Positions 25,640 through 37,889 are shown, numbered from the whole stretch's first letter. The stretch: 64,000 bases of DNA, filler included, from Sphacelaria rigidula (GCA_964200075.2; 11 parts of 11 records of this genome joined end to end with filler, not necessarily neighbours in it); one strand, 5' to 3'. Numbers and translations are program-made. Notes: generated from the sequence alone by a model not told the origin.

Positions 25640-26650
25640 AATATGACGGATGGACGTGATCCTCAGAGATTCGTACCTAGGCACTAGGATTAAGATATAT
25701 ATCCTGATGAACGTGATCGTACCAAAACTGGAATGTGCAGGAAAAGTATGGGAAGGAAACGTGAAATTGGTGGAGCTAGAAACAGTACAGATGACAGCAG
25801 CTAAGACGATACTTGGGTGCTCAAAAACGACGAGTAATACAGTACTGAGAGCAGAGTTAGGACAGTATTCACTTGAAACAAACAGAGACATGTGGAAATT
25901 GAGATGACAATATTGCGTAAAGAACATGCAGAGAAATAGACTGCCAGCTATAGTTGATGAGGCCGTGTTGAAGAAAAGTGCGAAAGGGCATGCTGGAATA
26001 AGGTGGGATAGAGAAGTCTAGAAAGTATGGAAGGAGATAGGAGAAAACCAAGACGAAATACTATCCATAGGTGAAGGCGCGGGGTACAAGACAAAAAGAG
26101 TAAGAGACATGATCGAGCAATGCTACGGTAGGCGTACACGTTTTGCGCGAAATCTTGTCTGGTGCAGATCTCCTAAAGATTCAAGGTACACAAGAATATG
26201 GGTCGGGGCACCCCCGTTTGCAAATTCATTCGGGACATCCCTAGCACATTGGAATAGTAACCCTGGCATACTCTCACATATTTCATAAGTCGTGCTTGGC
26301 ATGAGATGAAGGGCTCCTGACAATTCAAACCTCAGAAAATATTTGTGCACCCCTACCGTAGCACCCCTCGATCGAAATAAGGGAAAAAGGAGAGCCCAGA
26401 CGCAAGGTAAACGAGGAAGAGAGCACCTGAAGATACACGGGGGGTTGAGAAGGGGGATCGGGATGAAAACATATCTGTATGGCCCCATGGATCCGGCGAA
26501 TAAATTGAAACTGCGATTTCGGGTGGGGGACCTGGATCTGCGACAAAGAAGAAATAGATGTACCAGTAGTCGAAAGGGGGAGGAAGTAGATGGACAGAAC
26601 TAACTGCCTCTGTGGCGAAGCGATAGAGAGCAGAAGTCATCTAGTTGCCC
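25640..26650 (+). mobile_element. Non-LTR retrotransposon (LINE) relic: C-terminal part of the RT ORF and CCHC region, interrupted by a MITE
   Basis: IKIYILMNVIVPKLE..VW..LETVQMTAAKTILGC..SNTVLRAELG; HLKIHGGL..GMKTYL.GP..KLKLRFRVG..CLCG..E..HLV. Contains stops and frameshifts. Confidence 0.8.
26115..26369. mobile_element. Sola2-like MITE (GAG...CTC termini, 4-bp TSD GATC) inserted in the LINE
   Basis: TIRs GAGCAATGCTACGGTAGG / CCTACCGTAGCACCCCTC. GATC is duplicated at 26111-26114 and 26370-26373. Removing the element restores ATGATCGAAATAAGG of the LINE. Confidence 0.8.
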
Positions 26651-26704
26651 CCAACTAAGAAGGGTAAAATGACGAGGATTGCGTTCAGCGCTATAAGCCC
26701 GCGG

Positions 26705-26959
26705 GAGTCATGCTACGGTAGGGATTGTACATTTAGGCCCAAATCTTTCTCATTTAGGAGCGCGCAAAGTTAGGAGCTCAACAAGAATATGGGCCAGGCC
26801 ATTCCCGTTTACACAATTCATTCGGGATATCCCTACTCCATTGGAATGCTAATCGCGGCTTGTTCTCACATATTCCACGAGCCGGTTTCTGGATGAGACA
26901 GGGCTACCAAGAAATCGAACCTCAGAAAAAAATTGTGCACCCCTACCGTGGCACCACTC
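26705..26959. mobile_element. Sola2-like MITE, second copy (255 bp)
   Basis: GAGTCATGCTACGGTAGGG...CCCTACCGTGGCACCACTC; the interior is colinear with 26115-26369. No clean TSD. Confidence 0.75.
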
Positions 26960-27829
26960 ACCGAGTGGGTAAAATGCGCTGAAAAAGTATCTACGCGATC
27001 GAGGGGCATTAGGCCGACAAAAATACCATTGTGCACCGTTACTGTGGTAAGTGTGGGGAAATCACATCTCGACCCCGTTACCGCCAGTACAGACGGCCTA
27101 TGGAATCGTCACCATCCATTTTTTTCCCCAGGTGTAAACGATGCCGATTCAGCGGATAGATAGCGTATCCTCGCGGCCAAAGGGTTCTTCGTATGGAACA
27201 AAGTGACAATCTTGAACAGAGGTGAACTTTGGTGAGCGGGGGCGGACGGGTTTCTGATCAAAATGCGTACCCCATTTTGAACTCCCGATGGAAATTGAGG
27301 AGCTGTTAACAAAAACCGGGTAAAAAAATATGCACCATGGAACATGCCATGCATGTTTTACTGTAACCCCCCCCCCGTTTTCTCTCCCTTTGCTTCCTTC
27401 CTCTTGTGAACATATTTATCGTTTTCTCGTTTTCTCGGATTCCTCCAGGGAGTGTTGCCGCTTCTTTTGTTCACCACGGGCACATCCATCTTGTTGTGAA
27501 CACAAATGGATTTGCAGCGGATCAGTTGATTCATGTGCGGCAATCCGTCCGTCGATCCATCAAGCACTAAGCAATCCTCTAGGGCCGAAGCTCATCAGAG
27601 CAGGGCAGTGCGTGCACTGCGCCAAGTGGACAGGGGGTCTCAGTGTGGGTTCAACTCCCAGCACTGCATTGGGCAGAGTTCTCCAAACATTCGAGGTGCC
27701 TACCCCGTATGACCGCGCCATACGGTGGCCTATAGCCGAGCCCCCGGGCAATCGACACACGAGCCCCGTTCGCGGGGTGAGTCTTCCTCCTTCCTTCAAG
27801 GAAAAATCGAGGAAAAACTCAAGTAATAA

Positions 27830-28268
27830 CAGTCGATCATCGAAGTTTAGGATGGAGCTTGTCATCGAGGACGAGAACCCGGAGTATTAAAATTTTCGTA
27901 TCCACGCCAAATCTTCGAAATGTGGTCAAACTTCCTTTTCTACTGGTAGCTATTGACAACTGCTACACGCCCTACAAATATGGATTTCGATAACCGAAAT
28001 GTTGGGGTCAAAGATGAAGAAACAACGTGGGGGGAATTTAGGTGATCCGATCGGATCGCCGAAATATCCCGAAATTGGTATTTCACCTGAACCCCAACAT
28101 TTCGGTTTTCGAAGTCCAAATTTGTATGACGTGTAGTACTTGTCAGTAGCTACCAGTAGGGAAGGAAGACAACCATATTTCGAACTTTTGATGTGGATAC
28201 GAAGATTTTAATCCTCCGGATTCTCATCCTCAATGAAAAGCTTCATACTCAATTTCAATGATCGGCTG
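27830..28268. mobile_element. ~440-bp foldback (fully palindromic) element
   Basis: CAGTCGATCATCGAA...TTCAATGATCGGCTG. The arms are complementary along their length around a central GATCCGATCGGATC. Second copy at 35769-36210. Confidence 0.85.
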
Positions 28269-28470
28269 TTGAATCTTGTGTTCATGTCCCACTGTCGGTG
28301 GTTTGTGACGGCTTGGATCCCGAAGAGAACTCTCCCTGTGTTCGGCATGTTCTGTATGATGAGCGCACAAGATTCTTGGAAGGTGTTCTTGTCCGAATAA
28401 AGTCAGGTCTTCACTGTCCCGTGCCCCGGGAAAATGCTATCGAAAATATGTATGGTCAACGTCGAAATAC

Positions 28471-28508
<38 letters not shown>

Positions 28509-28814
28509 ATTAGTACTCCGTACTGAACCATCCGGTGCGGATGCCTTCCGTGGTCACAGGCTTATCTACCTAAAATAAGGTATAAGGAAATTAAAAAACA
28601 AATAAAATAGGATCCATGAAAAATAACATAGACAAGCACTACCCGCATCTGTTGCCATCACAACATGAACACCAGGGGGACAATTATATCCTTCGAATTA
28701 CATACGAACATACGGGAAATGAGCATATTCTGAAAGCTTAGACCTGCGTGGGAAAAAAAATACACACAACACACACAACACACGCAATACACGAATCATG
28801 CTACAGATGGGAGG

Positions 28815-29030
28815 GGGGGGGGTATCTTGGGCCATTTATTGCACGAAACTACACTTGAAATTGTTGTTGAAAGCAGCAACGGTTGTTCGAACGCGCTTGT
28901 TACCGATAAACAACTTTCATTCATACTGCTTGACACCGTTTTAACCCAACTACAAGCTCACCGCAGGTGTGTTACTGTAGGTCGTCTGACACACCTATGA
29001 GCTCCCTTTTTCGTGGAATCAACACCCTCC
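28815..29030. repeat. Dispersed MITE-like repeat; homolog at ~48035-48243
   Basis: Shared GAAAGCAGCAA..GTTCGAA.GCGCTTG..CTGCTTGACACCGTTTT.ACCC..CAAGCTCACCGCA.GTGTGTT..GTCGTCT.ACACAC.TATGA. Confidence 0.7.
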
Positions 29031-29289
29031 AGGCCCGACCGGCGCCCGNNNNNNNNNNNNNNNNNNNNNNNNNNNNNNNNNNNNNNNNNNNNTTAATTAA
29101 TTAANNNNNNNNNNNNNNNNNNNNNNNNNNNNNNNNNNNNNNNNNNNNGGAAAGCACTGTTTTAGGCTTCAACCTCACCTCGAAGTTAAACCTCAATTCG
29201 CACAATTTGTTGTTGTGTCATGTTCTCATGATTCGCAGCGGAATTTTAGAACTGCATCGGTGAATTTTTACACTTCGAATTCGAAGTTA

Positions 29290-29721
29290 TCCCGCATTCG
29301 GAATATTTTTGGCCGTGGAAATCCGTGGCTTTTCTGCGATTTTACCCGTAAGTTATGTTATACGGAGGACGCACGGATGGGCTAGGGAGTGGATAGAACC
29401 GCTCCGCAGAAAAAAACACAGTTTTTCACGGTTCCAACGCGCAGCTGTACTTCATAAGGAGCGGAGAGTTTTTTTTTTAATTTGTTACGGAGAGGAGTGG
29501 AGCGGATATCTGTACACCAGGAAATCGACGGATTATTGCGGAACGGATATCTGGCCTTGATTATGTCACGGGGCGGAGCGGATATCCGCTTGTGACAAAA
29601 GTCACGGATTGTCACGGAGTGGATATCCGCCCCCTACAGATGCCAAGGAGCGGTGCAATTTGACAAACCGCACCGTAATACTCCGCTCCGCGGATTTGTT
29701 CGTATTCCGTACACATCCCTG
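29290..29721. mobile_element. Probable DNA-transposon end with a CGGA-rich subterminal array (hAT-like CAGGG terminus)
   Basis: Many GGAGCGGA / GCGGATATCCGC motifs ending in ...GTACACATCCCTG. The other end was not identified. Confidence 0.35.
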
Positions 29722-31814
29722 CATGTTTTGCTTGGACTATCACGGGACGCACCATCTCTGATCATTTTGTACCGGCTTCCGGTGGTCTCCACACTACTAG
29801 GAACACCGGAAGCCGGCGGAGAACGAAAAAAACTTGAACATATTGTCGAGACCAGCTCGTCGAGACTGCGTTTTCCCCATTTGAAGCATGAATACCTACG
29901 GAACTGACAAGTTTGAGGACAATCTGAACTCTTCCGCGAAAGATAAAAGGGACACTGCCACGAGACCCCCTTGGTCTTTGGTGCGTATTATCATTAATAG
30001 TGGAAATCAGACGACGGCAAGAACCGATATACATAACCAAAACAACACGGTTACGTTCATTTACGGGCATAATTCGACCCCGTGGGAACGATCTCCATTT
30101 TTTTGTTCGGTTAGATTCCCGCGCTAGTAGCGGTTACTAGAATTGAACGATGTGGAGATTGGATGGAAATTGGGTTCGGAATTCGTATTTTTGATTTCAG
30201 AACAGTTTGAAGGGCGCTGACTGGTCGAGGTACCTTTTCGCCCTTTGTGCCACCGCTATGGCCCGAAACACAAATCTGATTATACCCCTTCCCTAGCTCT
30301 CCTTAGCTGTCAGTATGATGACGTATTCGACTGTTCGGTAGGTATTGCGGAAGGTATTTGTCGCTGATGACGACACAGATTTCGATGATGAGCGTGAACC
30401 AGACTGTACGTGGGTGTACGTTGTTTTGGAATGTATGCCGCTGCGTAGTACGCGGATAGATGCACACGTGATTGGTGCACGCTGGCTTCGCCATCACTCC
30501 TACTGCTACGATCTTCTTAAGCGACATTATCTCCGCCTTGCTGCAGCATTCTGGTGCTTTCATGGTGTTGCTGGCGCACCTCTGCATGTTTGGTGTTACA
30601 CAGCATGTCGCATAGTCCCAACCGCACTTCACGTACCGCGTATCGCACTGCTGCTATATCGCCCATACAACGTTTTTCGTAACGGACTCACAACATCAAA
30701 ATTGTGATGATCGATCTAGATTTTTCCTGGAAACACTCATGGTTGCTTTGTGGAAAGCATTCGATGACGGCCAGGGAAGCTAAACGCCTGCCCGCCGAAA
30801 ACACTAGAACCCCTCTAATGTCAGCCGGTGAAGCTATTCCGAAACGATGCTGGAGGTCAAAGGGCTTCGTAAGACCGCTTCTCACGGTTGGTGTTTTTCT
30901 GTCTAGTACTGCCTGTACTGTACGCAGTGTCCATACCACGTCTAGTACAGCCGCTGCACTTGTCTGTGTGCAAACTGACATCTTCATCCTATTGTATGCC
31001 GTAGTACCGACAATACTGTACTACCTATCTCGTCTACTGTTGTCTCTACTTCTGAATGATGTGCACATCATTTTTACTACAGCTGCTCTATGACACACTG
31101 TTGTGTGCAAACTGACACCTGCACCCTATACCGCATGCGGCAGTACAGGCGGTAAATCAGTGTACGTCTAGCACTCTCAATACTGCACGTTCTCCATTTC
31201 CCCAAATTATTGTTCACATCTTTTCAAGTACAGCCGCTGTGCTACTGTGTGCAAATCGATATCTACATCCCATCTATATTGTATACGGCACTTCAGGCAG
31301 CACAGTACTGTCTGTGCTGCACGTTGTCGACAGCACGGTTGATGCCAACATATCATCAACCCCCGACGACATTCCATTACGTGCACCGGGATGGCGAACG
31401 GCGTCTTTTCTACCGTGTTTGTGGCGCTGACGATCGATGTTCGAAATACTGTAGCTGCCAGGAGAGCCCCGGATGCAGATGAGGAAGAAAGGCAAAACCA
31501 TTTTTTGTGCGTCCCTCCTGTCCTGTGCTATGTGCCGGCAGGCGTATCCAATCTCACCGCCTCTTGGCTGGGAACTTCATACGGCCCGAAAAAATATCTT
31601 GGTCTCCGTTCCGGGGGCGCCCACTTCGAAAAAGGATCCTTCGACTTACTTGTCCGTTGTCGTACTTCGTACAATAAAGTATTTTTTTTCTGATCTTTTT
31701 GTGAAAATACCAACGGTATAAAAGAAGCCGCCTAGGTTTCCACGCCATTTTTATAAATACGGCTGGAAAATCGTATTGAAAATGCCAAGCGAGAGAGAAA
31801 CGTACGTTTTGCAC

Positions 31815-31916
31815 AGAAGCTGGTGCGCCCAAATATACCGAAAGGTGTAGACTTACGTCCAGAATAGATGGGACGGCAACTCACACACACGCACACACGC
31901 ACACACGCACACGCAC

Positions 31917-31947
<31 letters not shown>

Positions 31948-31992
31948 AGCACACACACGCACACCCCGGCGCACACCGAAACACAAAAAAAA

Positions 31993-32025
<33 letters not shown>

Positions 32026-32047
32026 CACACACACACAAGCACACACA

Positions 32048-32080
<33 letters not shown>

Positions 32081-32100
32081 GCACACACACAAGCACAAGA
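31815..32100 (+). mobile_element. SINE family A 3' end with an expanded (CA)n tail
   Basis: GCTGGTGCGCCC..TACCGAAAGGTGTAGAC..CCAGAATAGATGGGAC followed by ~220 bp of imperfect CA repeat. Confidence 0.75.
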
Positions 32101-33408
32101 CAGACGACTGGACAACCGTATGCTCACCAGCTTCACCCGGTACTTCTAGCACTTGTACAGTGGCGAGCAGAGTCTCCAACTTCTCTGAGTTGCTCCTAAC
32201 TTGCTTCAGCAGCGAGTTTCTCTCCAGCCCGGGAAGCACTCCTGGAAATTCCTCCGAATCAGCAGATGATGGAGTCACCTTGGGCATTTTGCCCGTGAAG
32301 ATCGTGTTGATCACCACTCATTCAGGGTAGCTTGGGTTGTTTTGGGGTTTTCTCGCGTTCTACTCTTCGATATAACTTGAAAGCGCTAGCGTCGGTAGAT
32401 TTTGGTGAAATAAACAGATCGTCCTCAAAACACAGTGCCCAATTTTTGGGTCAGTTGGTGTAATCGGGCGATACGAGTAGACACTCCGTTCACCAGGGAG
32501 GTCTTTTGGACCGTGAAACACAGTTGTTCGGCTCTAGTACGATAAGTAGGTATAATTTAAAGAACAAGCCTTTTCATTTCTTAACAAATAGGATTAGGAC
32601 AGGCTTGGTCGATCGAAAATGTCAAACAGTCAGAATCCGGGGCTGAAAAGTTGCAGGACCCCCCCATGACTGGTCAGCCCTCGAGTCACTCAATATTTAA
32701 TACAGATGATGCTTTTTTTCCTTCGAATCTGGAGTGACTACTAGAGGTAGTATCTTCAGATCCCCGATGTTGTGATGAGCGGTGGCACTCGAAAGAACCT
32801 AAGAAAATCGCCAATTACAAAGAACTGATCAAATGCCCTTTCTTTGAACGTACGGCACTGTACAAAAAAAACGTAGTTCCACTCTCAAACAAACGCAGTG
32901 TATGTTGTATGTACTGTACTGTATTTCAGTGTCGATGTTCTCGACAAGGCCAACGCCCACGCAAGGCCTGCAGATGCTCGATATTCCCAAGGATACCGTA
33001 CCGCTCCCACCGGTTGGCAACTTTCAATCTAACTTCTGCATATATGCCGTAGGTTTTGCAGCAAACCCTATGCGTGCAACTCTCGCGCCAAAATAGCCGA
33101 GGACGACGGGTCCAGGGAAGTAAAAGGCTGCGTCTTTGTAGGTCATAGGGTATCTTTGAGGGGACCTGAGGAAATGTACGTGAACAATGGTTGGTACTGT
33201 GGATATTCCACCAATCCTAACCCTTACCCTTACCCTTACCCCGACCAAGGCATACCGAGAATCCTCGGGCAAAGGGGGCGCAGAGGGTTGCTTAGGCAAA
33301 GTGTGCGTTGCCAGAGCTCAAAACGACGCCTTTCGGCTGATTTTGGACCAAAACACGTTCTGCTACTGCTCACCACCACTGCTCACCTGCCCCAGACCAT
33401 AAATTTTC

Positions 33409-33915
33409 CAGGGCTCTTTACGTTACACGTTAGACGTTACGTCACAAATGTGACGTATGAAAAATTATACGTCACGTCACGTCATATTTTTGTACGGGTA
33501 CGGGTACGTTACGTTACGTAATACTTGTGACGTATTAAAAAGTGATACGTTACGTTACGTTACAGTAACGTATTTTGTTATGTTTCACGTAACGTCAATA
33601 AACGTTACACGTCACAAAAACGTTACACGTCACAAAAAACGTTACACGTCACAATAAACGTCACATGTCACATTATTATACCTTTGTGACGTGTAACGAT
33701 TTTTGAAACGTTACGTTTGTGACGTGCAACGTATTTTGCGAGATTATTGTGGCGTATAACGAATATTATACGTTACGTTTGTGACGTGCAACGTATTGTG
33801 GAGCGTTATTGTGACGTGTAACGAATAATATACGCTACGTTTGTGACGTGTAACGTAAAATGAAACGTTACACTTCAACCGTGTTGAGGGCAAATGAACG
33901 CTACGTACGACGTTG
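33409..33915. repeat. ACGT-rich array (CGTTACACGTCAC units in both orientations), probably transposon subterminal repeats
   Basis: Begins CAGGGCTCTTTACG. AACGTTACACGTCACAA occurs x3 at 33601-33655, with inverted TTGTGACGTG(T/C)AACG copies and a ~62-bp tandem unit at 33715-33855. Confidence 0.75.
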
Positions 33916-34630
33916 TAAGGTTTCATGTGCCGCAACTTGGTACGGGAGGTTCACGGGCTGCCTTGTTCGAGCATGATGAGGCGCGTTCTGCTCGCTATGT
34001 TGACATGTACGAACGCGTTTCAGCTAGTGTATCGCTCATGCGTCCCTGACTCACCCGTTGCAATTTCAAAAAAATACATAAGTACGTTTTTGATGCACGA
34101 TAATCAGAAAGTGAGATACCAAGATACGCGCGGGCCATGCTGTACACATACAAACGCAAGTATGTACATATCATACGTTGGTGATACCTGGTTGGTAGTC
34201 GGTTGACATTCCGTGGGGCACCCAACACATAGCAATCCGGTTCTGTGTTGTTTTAAATATTTGCTCTCTCAGCAGGGCGTGAATGCAGAAGATCTATATT
34301 CTAGGGGGGTACAAAGCCCCGTCTGCTGCACTACACTCTCTTGCAGCACTCTCTCTCTCTGCCGTGGAAAGGGAACCCTGAGCCGCGCTCATCGTTACGG
34401 TATCCTGGGCCGCGCCCATTGTTACGTTACACGTCGCTCCCGCCCCGCCCCGTCTGTGCTATCGAAGTTGGAAATTTGAATTTCGGAAATTCAAAACTCG
34501 TGCTTTCGGATTCCGATATTCGCTTGTTTTATGTTATTCTGTGGTTGGGTGTGGGGTGCAGGCTGCCGTGGCGCTGAACTTGCGCTTACATCACGTGCGT
34601 ATTATGATGACGTATGTGCACTCTTCTTAA

Positions 34631-34730
34631 CCCTTACACAGCGAGATTAGTCCTGTGTTGAATCGGCATCAATTTCAAGTGAAAAAAGTACGCATGATCC
34701 AGAAAGACTAATCTCGCGGTCTACTAAGGG
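34631..34730. mobile_element. 100-bp piggyBac-like MITE
   Basis: TTAA-CCCTTACACAGCGAGATTAGTC...GACTAATCTCGCGGTCTACTAAGGG, with internal TGTTGAATCGGCATC. Confidence 0.65.
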
Positions 34731-35189
34731 CGGATGTTATGGCAAACAGATTTTTGGCCCACGGATTGTTCACTTCTATGACGTTTGACCCACCTTTTGA
34801 CCCCGCAGCCGAGAAAACCGCTAACACACGTCTCGGACACTTCGCATCACCTCATCGAGAGGAGCCTAGTCTACTTTNNNNNNNNNNNNNNNNNNNNNNN
34901 NNNNNNNNNNNNNNNNNNNNNTTAATTAATTAANNNNNNNNNNNNNNNNNNNNNNNNNNNNNNNNNNNNNNNNNNNNCCCATCTAGCATGATCATGAGTA
35001 CCCCCCCCCCCCCCCTCCCCTTCCTGGTTTGTTGCCGAACCGTTGGCGGGTGCGGTCAGCTGCCGTGGACAGAGATCCTTAGCATGGAGACCGCTGAGAA
35101 GGCGAACAAGCCGCCTCCCCCCAAGCTCATCTTCAGCAGTTCCCTCTTCTAGCGAAGGCCTCGATATATCTTCTGGAGCGGCCGCTGCC

Positions 35190-35335
35190 CCGCTCGTCGC
35201 CCGTCTCACGGCTTGGTCCGAGGAACAAAGTTGAGTGTGCCGCACTTGCAAGCATGTGTGTGGCAAAAACGCCGTGCAAGATTTCCAAGAGGAGGTACTG
35301 AAGAACCACGAAGAAGGGAAAATGCACAAAGGGTG
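35190..35335 (+). pseudogene. TTF-type zinc finger relic (CxxC-x19-HxxxxxH), possibly from an hAT transposase
   Basis: *VCRTCKHVCGKNAVQDFQEEVLKNHEEGKMHK, bounded by in-frame stops. LxxHExxxxH is typical of ZnF_TTF. Confidence 0.35.
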
Positions 35336-35768
35336 AGTGGCTTGAGAGTTGCCCACCTCGAACATTGATCCAAGGCTGAACATTGATAGCCAAGCAAAAA
35401 TCTATGTGGTAACGTTTTCAGATATGGTTGAGAAATGAGAAAGACCTATGCATACATGCACAAACTCTGAATACCATCCCTTTCTTCTACACGACTATTT
35501 GACCCGCAAGTTGCTTCCAAGTAACAAAGAATAATCCAAGCAATCTTTATTGATTAACTTTTTGCAACAATTCCCTCCGAGGGGGGGTCTACATGCCCGA
35601 AAACTTTCTCCGCGCTGCCCCCTGGCGTACCAAACATATTCAAACTTTGCATTTTTTTGTGTGAACAGTATGCGCTGTCGTGCGAAGGACCAGTTGATTT
35701 TGATGGATGCTGATTGGTTGTCGCAGTGGTCACGTAACAGACGTACGTACCCAAGACAAAACGAAAAA

Positions 35769-36210
35769 CAGCCGATCATCGAAATTGAGGATGGAGCTTT
35801 TCATTGAGAATGAGAACCCAGAGGATTGAAATCTTCGTGTCTACACCAACTCGTCGAATTATAGTTCCATTCCTTCACCTACTGGCAGTTATTGACAACT
35901 GCTACACGCCCTGAAAATTTGGTTTTCGATCACAGAAACGTTTGGGTCCTAGATTAAGAAACAGTTTTGGGGAACGTAGGTGATCCGATCGGATCGCCGG
36001 AATTCCCCGACATTGGTTTTTTACCTAGGACCCCAATATTTCGATTTTTGAAATCCAACTTTGTACGACGTGAAGCAGTTGTCAATAGCTACCAGTAGGT
36101 GATGGAATGGAACCATATTTCGAAGAATTGGTGTGTGAATACGAAGATTTTAATCCCTCGGATTCTCATCCTCAACAAAAAGCTCGATGCTCAACTTCGA
36201 TGATCGACTG
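35769..36210. mobile_element. ~440-bp foldback element, second copy
   Basis: CAGCCGATCATCGAAATTGAG...CTCAACTTCGATGATCGACTG with centre GGTGATCCGATCGGATCGCC. Partial copies at ~11451-11500 and ~44079-44172. Confidence 0.85.
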
Positions 36211-36705
36211 CTAAGACTGATACATCCGCCGAAGAAAAAGAACGAACAGAAAAAGTCCAAAAGAACGACATAGTGGACCAAGACGTCAAAATGAAAAATG
36301 AATAAAAAGTAAAGCAAAGCAAAGCACAGGAAGGAATGGCCGGTCTAAAACAAGCAGAAGGGAAAGAAAAGAAAATTACAAAAGAAAAAAGAAAAAATAC
36401 GAAAACAACTAACTACGGATTCTGAAAACTTATGATGCTGACTACTATATGTTCTACAGTAACATCATGCTCGTCACTGCATGTACTGGTTTTTGCTCTA
36501 CACGTTGGGCGGGTCGAACTGTCTCAGACAATTTTCCGCTTCTCGGCTCGTCCATACTCGGATTGCCGTGGTCGGCGAAAGTGCGCGACGCCGTGTACAT
36601 TGCCAACGGTTCCTTCTGTAAATCGTTTCAGCCGCCAACCTGCTGTGCCGTTGTGTATGGCTGTATATGACCCAGGATGAACAATCATCGCGGTCAAACG
36701 GTTAA

Positions 36706-36989
36706 CCCTTTGACGACGACAGTTGGTCATCTGTTGAATCGGCATCAATTCCAGCTGATTGAAGTATGCATGATCCAGATGGTCTACCCTCGCAGTCAAA
36801 CGATCAACGGCTCGACTGCGAGCATACGCGGTCTGTTGAATCGGCGCCTTTCACCTTGATTTTCAAGTGTACGTGATGGCGATTCAATATCGATGGCCTA
36901 CCCTCGCGATAACCATTTGACCGCCAGATAGGCCATAATGGACTATTCACGATTCAGTAGATGACCTATATATGGTGGCGGTCAAAGGG
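36706..36989. mobile_element. Tandem cluster of ~3 piggyBac-like mini-elements
   Basis: TTAA-CCCTTTGAC..., internal junctions CAGTCAAACGA-TCAA and GA-TAA-CCATTTGACCGCC, and final end GCGGTCAAAGGG-TTAG. Two TGTTGAATCGGC motifs. Confidence 0.6.
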
Positions 36990-37035
36990 TTAGATTATTT
37001 TGTATGGTTAACACGACACATGCACCAGCACAATA

Positions 37036-37889
37036 CGAGCTGGGCCAGCCGAGAAGCGATTCTGCAGTTTGCAGGCCGATTATACGGCCAATACTTGGAT
37101 TTGAACCCTGAAATTTGGTACGGACAATAAGTAGAGCAAAATAATAAGAATTACTGGCGTGCACAAGGGATTTTTGTTTTTTTCATGAGTTCGAGGCATT
37201 TTTACCGATATCTGAAAACTGATTATTGCCCTTAACTCATGAAAAAAAACAAAAACCCCTTGTGTACGCCAGAATTTTTTTTATTATGCCCTACTCATTG
37301 TCCATACCAAATTTCAGGATCCAACTCCAAGGGTTGACCGTATAATCAGCCGTTTAGTGACAGGGTCAGAAGAAATTCGGAGCAGTATTTTGCAGGCCAT
37401 TTACCGGCCCACCTTTGGTGTTTGTGTATTGAAACTTTGTGTGGGGCATGACTAGGGCATAATCAACAAAAAAAGTGGGTCAGGTTGATTTTTTTTTATT
37501 TTTTTCCACTGGTTTAGGGCATTCTACTACGGTATAGACCATATTTCACGAGAACGCCCGAACCTCTGTGAAAAAAAAAATGGAAGGCCCATTTTTTTTT
37601 ATTCGGCACTCTTGGGTGGTTCTCCACACCAAAATTCGTCGTCATCCGCTCAATGCATCGATCAGGAGTTTCATAGAGATTTTAGTATCGACGCTATCTC
37701 CCTTAGGTATAGGAATTACTATACATGGGCTTTAGTCAACGAGAAAATATAGGCCCAAACCTTTGAGCAAATGGGCACCTTCCCCTTAACTAGACGATTA
37801 ATGCGATATGCGGATCACGGCCCACCTCGTCTGTGTCGATGAGATATTGCTTTTAGAGCGTAAATCCGTTTATAGGCTGGCCCAGCTCG
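37036..37889. mobile_element. Non-autonomous mariner-like element (TA TSD) containing a nested foldback MITE at 37074-37351
   Basis: TA-CGAGCTGGGCCAGCC ... GGCTGGCCCAGCTCG-TA. The inner element GGCCGATTATACGG...CCGTATAATCAGCC has ~125-bp arms. Solo ends of the outer TIR occur at ~50029-50044 and ~54619-54633. Confidence 0.75.

Noticed and set aside
29760..31700. Short ORFs that might be viral (phaeovirus-like) or transposase fragments
   Set aside because: No recognisable motif, no long ORF and no gene-dense intronless organisation.
31732..32149. His/Thr-rich and Cys/Val-rich ORFs (metal-binding protein?)
   Set aside because: These are translations of a (CA)n microsatellite that forms a SINE tail.
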